Shown here: one piece after another, positions 1 to 10,062 of the stretch
How the letters are laid out: every line of letters starts with the position of its first letter
Position numbering within the stretch: position 1 is the stretch's first letter
Assembly (NCBI GenBank): GCA_964469265.1
Contig: CAYXYF010000003.1
Coordinates: forward strand, 23,010-87,009
From: an uncultured Bdellovibrionales bacterium
GTDB lineage: Bacteria > Bdellovibrionota > Bdellovibrionia > Bdellovibrionales > JAEYZS01
DNA: 64,000 bases
Reading direction: 5' to 3'
Program-made: the position numbers and the translations under genes
Notes under the pieces: generated by a model
Database searches by the model: none
The model's input: the letters and a program-made list of their open reading frames with translations, nothing else
Told to the model about the DNA's origin: nothing

Positions 1-867
1 ATGCAGAAGTGCTGCATATCTTAACTCTCTCATTTGTTGTAATGAAAAAGAAATATCTTTGTAAGATCCGACAGAAATCATATCCACTTTTTCAGCAAGA
101 GAGCAGGTCAAATCCGCAACACGGTCACTGTGACCAGAAGTAGATGGATCCCTTGATTCAATTGCAGTTACTGAAGCCTTAACGAAACTATCAAAAAGCT
201 TTTCAATATCTTGAGTTAATTTTGCGTTTTCAAGAGCAACCGCTGCATGAGATGCAAAAGCTTCCATAAGCTTCACATCATGATCTGAGTAGGGGATAAC
301 GTCATCTATTGAGATCGGAGGTTGCACCATTTTTTTTGTAGGGTCTGATTGTCTTCTAAATGTCTTTGTTTTGTTAACAAGCTGAACAACGCCCACCACA
401 CGACCTTTGTTCGTTTTGATCGGAACTGCTAGAACGGACTTTGTTGTATAGTTTGAGTGCTTGTCAAAATCATAGTTAAAAGTAAAAGGTGTATCTTCAG
501 GTAGGTTATAACAGTCCGCAATCGTAATGGATTCTGTGGATAGGGCGACGTAGCCTGCGATACTTGAGTTATCAATATTAATATAGTTGTTGTGTTCTTT
601 GTTGAACGCTAAGCTCTTATTTAAACTCTTATGGAATTTAAGCTTATGGGTGAACTTCGGTCGTGCTCCCCCCATGCTATCTTGAGGAACTTTCTCAGCT
701 AAATAGATACTTCCACCATCAGACTGGGTATTGTCGATGGCTTCTTCCAATATCATATCTAGAATTTTTTCAGTCTCATGCTCTGAAGACAACGCTTTGC
801 CGACATCCAATAATGCCCGCAATTCATTTCCTTCTGCCTGATCTCTGTTTTTTTTAGAACTTTTCAT
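1..867 (-). CDS. GAF domain + HD-GYP-type phosphohydrolase, N-terminal 289 codons (C-terminus lies beyond window start)
   Basis: Not in the ORF track because it is open at the window edge. My reverse-strand translation from ATG (867-865) reads MKSSKKNRDQAEGNELRALLDVGKALSSEHETEKILDMILEEAIDNTQSDGGSIYL...AVPIKTNKGRVVGVVQLVNK (GAF-like). It continues ...VTAIESRDPSTSGHSDRVADLTCSLAEKV...MRELRYAALLH, which matches the start of HD-GYP domains (HSxRV ... AALLHDIGK). The frame stays open to base 1. Confidence 0.75.
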   Translation of the reverse strand, partial: MKSSKKNRDQAEGNELRALLDVGKALSSEHETEKILDMILEEAIDNTQSDGGSIYLAEKVPQDSMGGARPKFTHKLKFHKSLNKSLAFNKEHNNYINIDNSSIAGYVALSTESITIADCYNLPEDTPFTFNYDFDKHSNYTTKSVLAVPIKTNKGRVVGVVQLVNKTKTFRRQSDPTKKMVQPPISIDDVIPYSDHDVKLMEAFASHAAVALENAKLTQDIEKLFDSFVKASVTAIESRDPSTSGHSDRVADLTCSLAEKVDMISVGSYKDISFSLQQMRELRYAALLH

Positions 868-1071
868 TATTTATTTAACTTTTCGCCTCAGAAAACCTAT
901 CGACTTTATACCCTTAAAACTAAATCGAATTATGAGGAAATCTATGTAGTTTCGATCTCTTCGACAAAAGTGCTGAAAATCTAAGTCTCAAACTGAAACA
1001 GATTCGTTTTGAAAAAATCCCTCTTCACTTTCGTCTTAAGACTTCCGATGAGAAGGGTTCAAGGAGATATT

Positions 1072-1290
1072 ATGGCGAAAGACAACAGAAACAATAATCC
1101 AGCACCAGCGAAAGTTATCGAGTTACCTAAAAAATGTAAAGGCGAAGACTGCACAAAAAAAGACATGAAAGCAGGCTTTTGTTCAGAGCATTTCATGTGG
1201 TTTAAAGAAGGTCTAATGACAAAGCTTGGAGCAAAGGTTCCAGACTTTGATAAGAAAATGCAGGCGATGCAAAGACGTAAGTCCGCATAA
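1072..1290 (+). CDS. small basic Cys/His protein (72 aa), possibly zinc-ribbon-like
   Basis: ORF track gives 1009..1290. I prefer ATG 1072 because AAGGAG lies 6 nt upstream. The sequence contains C-x4-C-x10-C-x2-H (CKGEDCTKKDMKAGFCSEH) and is followed by a strong terminator. Confidence 0.6.
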   Translation: MAKDNRNNNPAPAKVIELPKKCKGEDCTKKDMKAGFCSEHFMWFKEGLMTKLGAKVPDFDKKMQAMQRRKSA

Positions 1291-1316
1291 TATATTTAAC
1301 TTTAAATTTCTACTGG

Positions 1317-1347
1317 GCCCAAAGGGTAAAACCTTTGGGCTTTTTTT
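1317..1347 (+). terminator. Rho-independent terminator after the small Cys/His gene
   Basis: Hairpin GCCCAAAGG-gtaaaa-CCTTTGGGC followed by T7. Confidence 0.8.
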
Positions 1348-1350
1348 ATC

Positions 1351-2055
1351 TTATAAAAGCTCACTAAACAGCGGCCTGAAGATATCCCGTTTGGTCTCAA
1401 TAATGAGTTCAGAGTAATTAACTTCATCAGTAAATTCAATTCTACTATAGTCTCTCATGATGGCTATTGGGCAACTCTCACTGCTTTCACCCATCACCAA
1501 GACTGCAGCAGAGGATAAGCAATCCACAACATTTGTGGTCGACATCGTAATCTTGCGCCCGAAGAGGTCTTCTTTTCCGATGTGGTCTTGAACGCCTTTA
1601 AACCCCCAATGGGCAATCCCAATTCCCGAGACTCCTCTTCTTAGGGGAGTGCACCTTGAATCAGTAAATATCAAACCTAGATTTTTAATATTGTAATGCT
1701 CTCTTAATGAAACTTGAAGTTTTTTTGCTTCTTCATACGGGCTATCGGGCCAAAGGATATATTCTTCATCTTCAGAGTTGGACTCATCAATTCCCGCAGC
1801 TGGAATTAAGATGCCATTCTTAATAGTTAAATAGGTTTGATAGGTTTCACCTAACAATATATCAGCTTCACTTTCGACAAGTTCCCGTTTGCTTATTGTT
1901 CTTTTATCGACCACTTTGTTTTGGGCTAATGATAAGAGTTTTGAAGTAATAAAAAGGATTTCGTTTTCTTTTAGCTCGGGAATATGCTCAATAACAAACG
2001 AGTGAAGATTTTCTTTTTTATGGAATACTCTTGTTTTAATCGCTTCAATCTTCAT
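1351..2055 (-). CDS. CofE-like (F420-0:gamma-glutamyl ligase family) protein
   Basis: 234 aa. From memory, AAGIDESN, FTDSRCTPLRRGVSGIGIAHWGF and SAAVLVMGESSESCPIAIMRD match the conserved CofE/F420-ligase-fold blocks (GIDxSN; TDT-GRpfR-G; vmGq..eg.P). Its ATG overlaps the stop of the upstream SBP gene (ATGA at 2052-2055). Confidence 0.65.
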   Translation of the reverse strand: MKIEAIKTRVFHKKENLHSFVIEHIPELKENEILFITSKLLSLAQNKVVDKRTISKRELVESEADILLGETYQTYLTIKNGILIPAAGIDESNSEDEEYILWPDSPYEEAKKLQVSLREHYNIKNLGLIFTDSRCTPLRRGVSGIGIAHWGFKGVQDHIGKEDLFGRKITMSTTNVVDCLSSAAVLVMGESSESCPIAIMRDYSRIEFTDEVNYSELIIETKRDIFRPLFSELL

Positions 2056-3575
2056 TTTATTTTCCTTAAATTGGATAGATCAAGTTGGTTTAACTCATTA
2101 AACTCAAAGCCTTCAAATTTATCATCTTTTAACATCGTAAAGTGAATAAGTCCCTGAGGGATAATCGCATAGTCTTCCATAAGTATTTGTATTGCATTTT
2201 CGCAGAGGGGAATGGATTCCTTTTTTGATTTACTGTCTGCTAAGTTTTCTAAGATTCCCTCAAACTTCTTGTTATGGTATTTGATATAATTATCTGGGTT
2301 ATCTTTTTGAAAGGATTCAAGAACCGAAAGACAAGTGGGTCGATCCATAATGGTGCCCTTACGAAATAACGCTGGAGCATCATGCGATAGCTCTTGGAGG
2401 TACATGCCTTGCTCGATAGACTCAAGATGAATATCAATGCCTAAATTTTTCTTCCATTGGTTTTGATACCACTCTGCAATCCGAGCTAAATTATCACCCC
2501 CAGCACGACTGAACTTAAAAACAAATTTTTGCTCCAATAAATCTTTTGGAACCTTCGCTAAAGCACGGCGCGCTTCTTTAAGGTCATACGGATAACAAAT
2601 ATCTTTACTGATATAGTTTCTTGTTAAGCCAGCACAACCGAAGCGCCCCACGGCAAACATAATTTTGGTGAGTTGGTCGTAATTTAGGGCAAGCGATAAG
2701 GCTTTTCTAAGATTTTTATCAGACTTAAACTGTTTTCCGAAACCGACGTAATCAAACCTAGAGAATGTAACTTGGAAGAACCCTTCTTTGTCTTTTAATT
2801 TAGGAATAAAAGCCGTGTTGACCTGGTGTAAAAGATTAATTTTACCCGTATCAAATAGGTTCTGAGCTGTTGCACTTTCATCAACATAGAAAATCTCAAC
2901 ATCTGGCCGATCGGGATTGCCTTTTTGATAGTGTTCATTAGGCACAAGATAGGCCTTTGTGTTTGATAAGGATTTGATTTTATAGGGTCCATTTGTAATC
3001 AAGCTTGAAGCACTTTTAAGGTCAGGAAGGTTTCTCCATGGCACAAGCGCTGTGGCAGTGAGACGCTCTATAAACTGAGGGTCTTTTTCTTGAAACTCAA
3101 ATACAAGCTTGTGTTTGGAAGTGGATTTTACGCCTAATTTTTCAGGTTTTATTTTTCCGGAAAGGATTTGTTTCGCGTATTTAAGTCTTAAAAGGTGAGC
3201 ATTCTCGCGCGATTTACTTTTCGGATCAACAAGGTGGCGAAATGCCCTTACATAATCATCGGCAATGACTTGCTGCCCATCACTCCAGCGAACTGTGGGA
3301 TCTAATTCACAGTGAAGCTCTAAGACTTTCCATTCGCATTTCTTAGCGCCCTCAGGGATTACACCATTTTTATTATCATAACGATACAGTCCACGTAGCA
3401 AGTTCCTCAAAAGGTAAGACGTCTCAGCCCCGTAAAGCTGTGCAGGATCAAAACTATGAGGCAACGTAGGCAGATAGAATTTAAATGTCGCATTCTCAGA
3501 ATGAGCCTCAAAGCCGACCAACAATACTGCAACAATCAGGTAGGTTTTTAGTATTAAAGTCTTAATATGATTCAT
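2052..3575 (-). CDS. ABC-type peptide/nickel substrate-binding protein, family 5 (OppA/DppA-like), secreted
   Basis: 507 aa with an N-terminal signal peptide (LIVAVLLVGFEAHS). Length and overall sequence character match SBP_bac_5 proteins. No permease or ATPase genes are adjacent. Confidence 0.65.
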   Translation of the reverse strand: MNHIKTLILKTYLIVAVLLVGFEAHSENATFKFYLPTLPHSFDPAQLYGAETSYLLRNLLRGLYRYDNKNGVIPEGAKKCEWKVLELHCELDPTVRWSDGQQVIADDYVRAFRHLVDPKSKSRENAHLLRLKYAKQILSGKIKPEKLGVKSTSKHKLVFEFQEKDPQFIERLTATALVPWRNLPDLKSASSLITNGPYKIKSLSNTKAYLVPNEHYQKGNPDRPDVEIFYVDESATAQNLFDTGKINLLHQVNTAFIPKLKDKEGFFQVTFSRFDYVGFGKQFKSDKNLRKALSLALNYDQLTKIMFAVGRFGCAGLTRNYISKDICYPYDLKEARRALAKVPKDLLEQKFVFKFSRAGGDNLARIAEWYQNQWKKNLGIDIHLESIEQGMYLQELSHDAPALFRKGTIMDRPTCLSVLESFQKDNPDNYIKYHNKKFEGILENLADSKSKKESIPLCENAIQILMEDYAIIPQGLIHFTMLKDDKFEGFEFNELNQLDLSNLRKIK

Positions 3576-3628
3576 ATTTAGACCGATAACACATTAGAGA
3601 TATTGATGTCACTAAAGGGGAGAGGCAA

Positions 3629-5536
3629 GTGCTCTATTATCGTCGCTATTTAGGAATTTTTATACTTGGCGCCCTTCTTGTGCTCGGCTACCAAAACTGT
3701 GGCACCACAGACGGTATGGGGCTCTTTAATTCTCAATGCCTTGAAGCACATTGCCTTAATAACCCTGACGAATTAAAGCTTAAGCTTGATATGAATTTGG
3801 TTCCTGGCGGCCAACTTAAAATCTCAACAAACCCACCACCTGAAGTAAATAACCTAAGACTCACGGGCGTGTGTAATGACGGGGGGTTTGGTAAAACTCT
3901 TATTAAAGCAAAAATCCTTCAGTGCGTGGGTGGAATCCATTGCAGTATTTTAAAACAACTTATTACAACTTCATGTGCACCAGACGGCAAGTTTGAAATC
4001 TCTACAGCCATCAATAATTTAGCGCCAGGAAATTATCAGCTGCAAATGGAGATTGTAGGTCTGAATGAGTTTAATCATGAAGTCTATGGAAGGTATTCAA
4101 AGGCCGACGCCGTTCCAATGCTGGCACAAAAAACAATTCAAGCTCCAATTCTTGCTAGTTTTAGTGGAACTGATTATTGGGCATCAGACAAAGTTTACCA
4201 GTTTAATAGCTCTACTGAGAGAATCGTACTTGACGGATATATAACAGGGTTTTGTGATTTTAATTCCTCCAACGCTGCAGCTAATGAGATTTCTATTAAA
4301 CTAGGAATTAAAGGATCTAGCACTTATACACTTCTTGCAACAACGGCTTGTAACAAAATAACCTCAGGTACGGTGCAAGCAAACTCACCAAATCGCAAGG
4401 GGCGCTCTGGCTACTTCTCGCATGATACATTTAGCATTTATATGCTTTATAGTGGTGGCACTTTTATGAACTGTGAGCCAGCTGATTACAACTGCATTAA
4501 CAATCCATTTAACCGAATGACAAACCGGCTTGTGCATTTATCTATCAGCCAAAAAGATGTCGCTTTTAATTATGACGTTATGAGCTCTCGTAAGCTGGTA
4601 TTAAACTACCAAGCACCTCATGCTGGGAAGGGGTGGCTTGCCGATATCCTTGTTGAAACCTTAAGACGCGTTAAAAAATCATTTAACTTCTCAAACAGTG
4701 AAGTCACAGGAGCTCTTGACGGAGCACAAAGCGGAACAAACGATTATACTCAAGCGTACAGAATTGTGACTTCAGCGCAGGAATACACGGATCCACTTGT
4801 GACCTCAGGTGAAAACCGATACGGATTTGGCACTAGGTCTTTTATTATTCGTTGGCTATTGGGTGCCACAGAAGATATCTCAGCTAGTATTTATACAAAT
4901 AACGACATTTACTTTATGGGTAGCCAACACACGATTCCGTTTCGAGCCATCGCACAGGGAAGTGGTTGCGGGATCAACGGAGCAGTCAGTAAGCCGATTA
5001 AAGGGGTGACGGGCTCTCAGTATTCTAGCGACGTGGGTGTTCAGCGAATAGCACTTTGCCTAGCGCACAGATACTATAATGGTTTTTGGAACAAGCCTTA
5101 TTCTGAAACCGTAAAAATGGTTCACCAAGGTGTTACGGTCTCTAATGATAATAAAAATTGCTTTTATAACGACGGCCAGCCCATTGCTACAAATACCTGT
5201 AACGATTTACTTGCTTTCCTAGCAGCTGCCACCAAAATGAAAAACAGACATCTTCCTAGTGCAAGTTTTGCTTTAGCATCTGAATCTCAGGTGACTTACT
5301 TTACCAATGGTCTTGCTCAGTATTATGTAAATAAGATTACGACAACCTTAGCTTATAGAAGTGGCAACAATGATAACTCATTTTTTGCTGATCTTTTTGC
5401 CACAGTATATCCTGAAATCACTAGCACAAGTATGCGCCGCAGCCTTTATCCGAATGAATACAACTTTTCGGGTTCGACAATGAAATTTGGCGCAACAAGG
5501 ACAAAGCACCATCCTACAGGTTCATATAATCATTAA
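3629..5536 (+). CDS. hypothetical secreted/lipoprotein, Cys-rich (635 aa)
   Basis: Long ORF with a GTG start preceded by GGGGAGAGG. N-terminal hydrophobic segment ends ...LVLGYQNCG. Many paired Cys residues. No family recognised. Confidence 0.6.
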   Translation: MLYYRRYLGIFILGALLVLGYQNCGTTDGMGLFNSQCLEAHCLNNPDELKLKLDMNLVPGGQLKISTNPPPEVNNLRLTGVCNDGGFGKTLIKAKILQCVGGIHCSILKQLITTSCAPDGKFEISTAINNLAPGNYQLQMEIVGLNEFNHEVYGRYSKADAVPMLAQKTIQAPILASFSGTDYWASDKVYQFNSSTERIVLDGYITGFCDFNSSNAAANEISIKLGIKGSSTYTLLATTACNKITSGTVQANSPNRKGRSGYFSHDTFSIYMLYSGGTFMNCEPADYNCINNPFNRMTNRLVHLSISQKDVAFNYDVMSSRKLVLNYQAPHAGKGWLADILVETLRRVKKSFNFSNSEVTGALDGAQSGTNDYTQAYRIVTSAQEYTDPLVTSGENRYGFGTRSFIIRWLLGATEDISASIYTNNDIYFMGSQHTIPFRAIAQGSGCGINGAVSKPIKGVTGSQYSSDVGVQRIALCLAHRYYNGFWNKPYSETVKMVHQGVTVSNDNKNCFYNDGQPIATNTCNDLLAFLAAATKMKNRHLPSASFALASESQVTYFTNGLAQYYVNKITTTLAYRSGNNDNSFFADLFATVYPEITSTSMRRSLYPNEYNFSGSTMKFGATRTKHHPTGSYNH

Positions 5537-6216
5537 CGAGAAGCTTGAACGGATAGATTCTTGATAGATATCTTTCGTATATACGAAGGTTTCCACTTGG
5601 ACTGAACATTGGAATTGTTTTCAACCATGCGGTTTGTTGAAGCCACCTGACGTATTCGGATTGTTGTGACCACAACTTCGGGTTCTAAAAGATAGTTAAT
5701 AAGTTCGTAAGCAAGTGGTTTGTTTTTCGATTTTTGAGCGATTCCAACACTCTCGATCCATAATTGTGGTTTTTTAGACTTAACATTTTCAATTCCCCAG
5801 TAAAGCGGGATGGTTTGAGTGTTCCCAGAATCAGAATGTAAGTTTTTAAAATCAACTGAGATACGATCAAAACCCTTGACCTTCTTTTTATCAAGAGCGG
5901 CTAAAAGATCGGTAATGTCGTCGGCATGTTCTGAGCGAAATATAATAAGATCAACTGAGTTATCCCAAAGCTTTTCAATAAAATCGCGCAGGTCAGAGTA
6001 TTCAATAATATTTAGTGTGACCCCGAAATCAGCCTCGTAGTGTTCAACAATCTCGCGTGGCAAGGATTGAGCAGGGGCTAAGAAGGTGAGGGACTCGTCG
6101 GAAAATAATTTTGTAGTAGCCTCTCCATAATAAAAAAATCGACCCCATATTGTGCCAACAATAAAAAAGAACAGAAATAAGCCAAGATATCGTTTTTGCC
6201 GGAAGGGTTTTGCCAA
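5533..6216 (-). CDS. membrane-anchored periplasmic solute-binding-like protein (weak PotD/PBP2 resemblance)
   Basis: 227 aa with an N-terminal TM segment (YLGLFLFFFIVGTIWG). IPLYWGIENV and the layout weakly recall polyamine-type binding proteins. It is short for a full SBP. Confidence 0.4.
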   Translation of the reverse strand: MAKPFRQKRYLGLFLFFFIVGTIWGRFFYYGEATTKLFSDESLTFLAPAQSLPREIVEHYEADFGVTLNIIEYSDLRDFIEKLWDNSVDLIIFRSEHADDITDLLAALDKKKVKGFDRISVDFKNLHSDSGNTQTIPLYWGIENVKSKKPQLWIESVGIAQKSKNKPLAYELINYLLEPEVVVTTIRIRQVASTNRMVENNSNVQSKWKPSYIRKISIKNLSVQASR

Positions 6217-6276
6217 AGTTTGGGTGTCCTTATGTTCCTATATTTCGGAACAATGGACACCCTAAATAAGTCTAGA

Positions 6277-7464
6277 TTAGTTTAGTGATGTTGGGTCAAA
6301 GTCGATTTGGATTGCAGCACCCTGTGGAGGTGTTGCTGAGCCGTGGAACACCACAAAGTGATGACCTGAGTCTGCAAGATAAGTCCAACCGTTTGTCGGG
6401 TTATTTGGAATCTCAACAGAGTTTACCTTTACTACGATAGACGATGGTATTGGTTCACGAGAGAGTTTAAATCGAGTCGATAACTCAACAATTTTACTCG
6501 AAATCTCTGAGAGTTTGCTTGAAAAGTTCGTATCACAAATGCTTCCTACGATACCGTCAGTTGCATCGGCTACAGCCATATAACGTGTACCGACTGAAGA
6601 GCTTGGATCTCGTCCAGGGCAGTTTGAGCTTTCCACAACAATACTTGAAATGTTGTACTTTCTATTTCCCGCAGAGCTAAATGTGTACGCATCCATGAAA
6701 TCCATAAAGGCGTTGCGATATGATGTTGTTCCGTAGCTATTTCCGTTTGCTCGTGTCGATTGATCGTCTTCGTCTGCAACAACGATGACTGCCATAAAGG
6801 CATCGTCTCTTCTAAAGTCAGAAAGTACAGTGTGGGTCTCACCGCTATACGCTGGCGCTCCAGACTCATTTCTTCTTAAGACCGCTCTTAAGCTTTGGAA
6901 GCCGCGCTCATAACCATCACCACGAATGCCCACTTTGACGTTGGTTTGAAAGAGTGACAAGACTGTTGCAGGATTCATAGCACTGGTTAATAGATACGTT
7001 CCTGAGCGCGTCTGTGGCTGTCCGACCGATCCGTAAATGTCACCATCTCGGAAGTGAGTAAGGTCACCATAAGTTGCATGGGTGATTGCACAGTCTGCAG
7101 AAGAGTAGTAACGAACATTTGGATTGCCGCTGTTATTGCTACTTCCACAGGTGTTGTGGCGGTAATTAACCTCTCTGATCCAGGCATCAGTTCCTGCAAC
7201 CACCATGTTATAATCGTAACCTTTCGTTACGAAGTCTGACATAAAGGAGTTAAAGTTATCAGCAAGGTTTTGCTGGTAGGGGGCCATTGATCCTGATGAA
7301 TCAATCATCCAAAGGATATCAATCTTATTATTGACTGAAGCCGATTGGTAGAATGTGTCGGAATCCGATAAGATCGAAATATCAGCGCTCTTATCTGCAC
7401 AGGCACCTAATCCTATCGCTAGAAGTGCCAACACATAAAATTTTAACTTATTTACGTACCACAT
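6277..7464 (-). CDS. vWA-domain lipoprotein (paralog 1)
   Basis: Lipobox LAIGLGAC. MIDAS-type motif DILWMIDSSGSM. Block RRDDAFMAVIVVADEDD. About half of the residues are shared with the neighbouring gene. Confidence 0.75.
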   Translation of the reverse strand: MWYVNKLKFYVLALLAIGLGACADKSADISILSDSDTFYQSASVNNKIDILWMIDSSGSMAPYQQNLADNFNSFMSDFVTKGYDYNMVVAGTDAWIREVNYRHNTCGSSNNSGNPNVRYYSSADCAITHATYGDLTHFRDGDIYGSVGQPQTRSGTYLLTSAMNPATVLSLFQTNVKVGIRGDGYERGFQSLRAVLRRNESGAPAYSGETHTVLSDFRRDDAFMAVIVVADEDDQSTRANGNSYGTTSYRNAFMDFMDAYTFSSAGNRKYNISSIVVESSNCPGRDPSSSVGTRYMAVADATDGIVGSICDTNFSSKLSEISSKIVELSTRFKLSREPIPSSIVVKVNSVEIPNNPTNGWTYLADSGHHFVVFHGSATPPQGAAIQIDFDPTSLN

Positions 7465-7541
7465 ATTTCCCCCTGATTAATAAGTTATTTTGTGTCGGAA
7501 CGGATTGTCTCCTTGGATGTATTAACGGTTTAATATCCTAA

Positions 7542-8645
7542 TTAGTTTAGTGTTGTCGGATCAAAAGTGATCTGGATGCTTGCACCTTGAGGTGGAACTG
7601 CGCTTCCGTGGAACACAATGCTGTTATTAGTAGAATTATAAGTCCAGCCATTACTCGTATCTTGCGGAATACTGACCCCGTTTATCACTACAACAATAGA
7701 ACTTACAATTGGAGTTCTATTTAAGCGAAACTGAGTCGATAACTCCGAAATATTTGCTTGGATTGCATTTAAAGTCTCAGAGAAGTTTAAATCACAGATA
7801 CTGCCGATAACACCATTAGTTTGATCTGCAAGCTCAGCATATCTTAGTCCCATGTGTCCACCCGAACTTGGGTTCTGATTAAGGCAAGCTTGGTCAAAGA
7901 TTCCAATCGCATTGACAGAGTATTTTCTGTCTGAAGGATTACTGTACGTGTAGTTATCTAGGAAATTTGTATAAGTTGAAATTGGTCTTAGGTTATGTTC
8001 TTTACATGCATCTGGAAACGGTGATCCAGTGCAACCATTTACTGATGGATTATTTCGTGAAAAGTCTTCTTCGTCAGAAATAATAATAATAGATAAGAAT
8101 GCGTCGTCTCTTCTGAAGTTATGAGGAGCATTAAGAGGTGAGGTGAGGGCTTGAACAATACTATCAAAAGCTCTTTCATCACCACTGCCACTAATACCCA
8201 CCTTTACGTTAGTACTAAATGTATTGATCACATCTGGCGTGTCGTTAGTTATAAGATAAACGCCAGAATTGTCAGCTGGTCCACCAGTATAGACGTTACC
8301 ATCTCTGAACTGGACGTTTCTTTTGAAAGTTGAAGCCGTTTGATTGTACTCATACTGCCAAGCATCTGTTGCTGCCACTGCAATATTGTACTCATAACCT
8401 TTCGTAACGAAGTCTTGAATAAAAGCATTAAAGTTATCTGCGAGGTTTTGTTGCTCTTCAGCCATGGAACCAGATGAGTCCACCATAAAGAGAATATCGA
8501 GTTTATTATTTACAGAAGAAGTTTGATAAAATTCTTGGGTATCAGACAGAATGGAAATGTCTGCGCTTTTGTCTGCACAACTTGTAAGTACAAACATGTA
8601 TGAGATTAGAAAAGCTATTAAGAATGAGTATTTTATCTTTTTCAT
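7542..8645 (-). CDS. vWA-domain lipoprotein (paralog 2)
   Basis: ORF track gives 7542..8771. I place the start at ATG 8645 (MKKIKYSFLIAFLISYMFVLTSC), which yields a signal peptide plus lipobox. The mature N-terminus CADKSADISILSD is identical to paralog 1. MIDAS motif DILFMVDSSGSM. Confidence 0.75.
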   Translation of the reverse strand: MKKIKYSFLIAFLISYMFVLTSCADKSADISILSDTQEFYQTSSVNNKLDILFMVDSSGSMAEEQQNLADNFNAFIQDFVTKGYEYNIAVAATDAWQYEYNQTASTFKRNVQFRDGNVYTGGPADNSGVYLITNDTPDVINTFSTNVKVGISGSGDERAFDSIVQALTSPLNAPHNFRRDDAFLSIIIISDEEDFSRNNPSVNGCTGSPFPDACKEHNLRPISTYTNFLDNYTYSNPSDRKYSVNAIGIFDQACLNQNPSSGGHMGLRYAELADQTNGVIGSICDLNFSETLNAIQANISELSTQFRLNRTPIVSSIVVVINGVSIPQDTSNGWTYNSTNNSIVFHGSAVPPQGASIQITFDPTTLN

Positions 8646-8989
8646 ATGCAGCACTCCAAAAAAACAAAGATTTGTTCTTCGCTTTAAAGGATAATTAGAG
8701 GGAGAGTGCGTACATACAGATTTCTCTATTACCTTATGAAGTATTTTTCGGTACTTTGGTCGAAAACTCAACCAAGGTCATAAACTAGCTATTTGACTGG
8801 GGATTATGAAAGTTGCTCTTTTATGAGACATTCTAAGCTATGGATTTTGCACCGAATCTCATTTTGATATCTTTCGAAAACAATTAAATAATTTTTCAGC
8901 TGACAATTAGATCTTCAGTTTTGAGAGCTTTCCATATCAATATGAAAAGCTACTCATTATTAGATGTTTGAATGTGAGATGACTAGTTT

Positions 8990-10048
8990 TTATTTAGTCT
9001 GAGATACACCGTGGGCACCTGACTCCAGGCGACCGAAAGAGCTCATTTCCATAAAGTATGCGTTGTTTTTAACGTCGCTAATGGAAGTTGCGTTCACATA
9101 GCTCATACCAGATCGGATACCGCCACAGACTTCGTTGATGACATCACTGACGTGTCCTTTAATAGCAACAAAAGTGGATTCGCCCTCTGGAGCCATACCT
9201 TTTGGAAGCTCACCCCTCCAAGAAACTTGAGCAGCCTTGGACGCCATTCCCCGATACATCTTCTGACCTTTTTTAATTTCTCCTGGAGTCTCAATAGTTC
9301 CAGAAAGCATGCTACCCAACATGACCGAGCTTGCGCCAGCTGCAAGAGCCTTGACAATATCTCCTGAGGTCTTGATGCCACCATCGGCGATAACAGGAAT
9401 CCCTTTTGAGTTTGCCGCCTCTGCGCAAAGTGCAACGGCAGTTAACTGAGGAACTCCACAGCCCGTGATAATTCGAGTCGTACACATTGATCCTGGCCCG
9501 ATACCGACTTTGATAGCGTCAGCACCAGCTTCAATGAGATCAAGAGTTCCCTCTGGAGTTGCAATATTACCTGCGATGATTTGAATTTTTTCACCGAAGG
9601 TATCTTTTAAATATTTCACGGTCTCAATCATTTGGATAGAGTGACCGTGAGCAATGTCGACAGTTAGAACATTTGCTCCAGCATCAACCAATGCCTGTGC
9701 ACGCTCTTTATAATCTTGGTTCACACCAATGCTTGCGGCAATGACTTCATGATTAAGAGCTTTAAGTTGTTGGACTTGGCTTATTTGTTCTTCAATAGTC
9801 ATAAAGCGGTGAAGAATACCCACACCACCTAAGTCACTCATGGCCTTTGCCATTTCAAGCTCTGTGATGGTGTCCATGTTTGAACTCATAATAGGAATTT
9901 TGATATTTAAACTTTTTGTGAATCGAGTAGAAAGGTCAGGATCTTTTCGTGATCGGACGTCAGATTTATTTGGAACAAGCAATACGTCATCAAATGTCAG
10001 TGCTTTGTCTCTGTTAGGGATATCTTTCCAAGAAAAACGTAACGCCAT
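8990..10048 (-). CDS. IMP dehydrogenase/GMP reductase family oxidoreductase without CBS pair
   Basis: 352 aa. [20 protein letters not shown] (catalytic Cys loop) and [20 protein letters not shown] are the canonical IMPDH/GMPR TIM-barrel blocks. Confidence 0.85.
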   Translation of the reverse strand: MALRFSWKDIPNRDKALTFDDVLLVPNKSDVRSRKDPDLSTRFTKSLNIKIPIMSSNMDTITELEMAKAMSDLGGVGILHRFMTIEEQISQVQQLKALNHEVIAASIGVNQDYKERAQALVDAGANVLTVDIAHGHSIQMIETVKYLKDTFGEKIQIIAGNIATPEGTLDLIEAGADAIKVGIGPGSMCTTRIITGCGVPQLTAVALCAEAANSKGIPVIADGGIKTSGDIVKALAAGASSVMLGSMLSGTIETPGEIKKGQKMYRGMASKAAQVSWRGELPKGMAPEGESTFVAIKGHVSDVINEVCGGIRSGMSYVNATSISDVKNNAYFMEMSSFGRLESGAHGVSQTK

Positions 10049-10062
10049 TTTTAAACCTCTGT

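Noticed and set aside
1009-1071. Longer 93-aa version of the small Cys/His ORF
   Set aside because: It has a non-ATG start with no RBS, whereas the ATG at 1072 has AAGGAG at ideal spacing.
8646-8771. N-terminal 42-codon extension of vWA paralog 2
   Set aside because: The internal ATG at 8645 gives a signal peptide and lipobox that align with paralog 1. The extension has no counterpart in the paralog.
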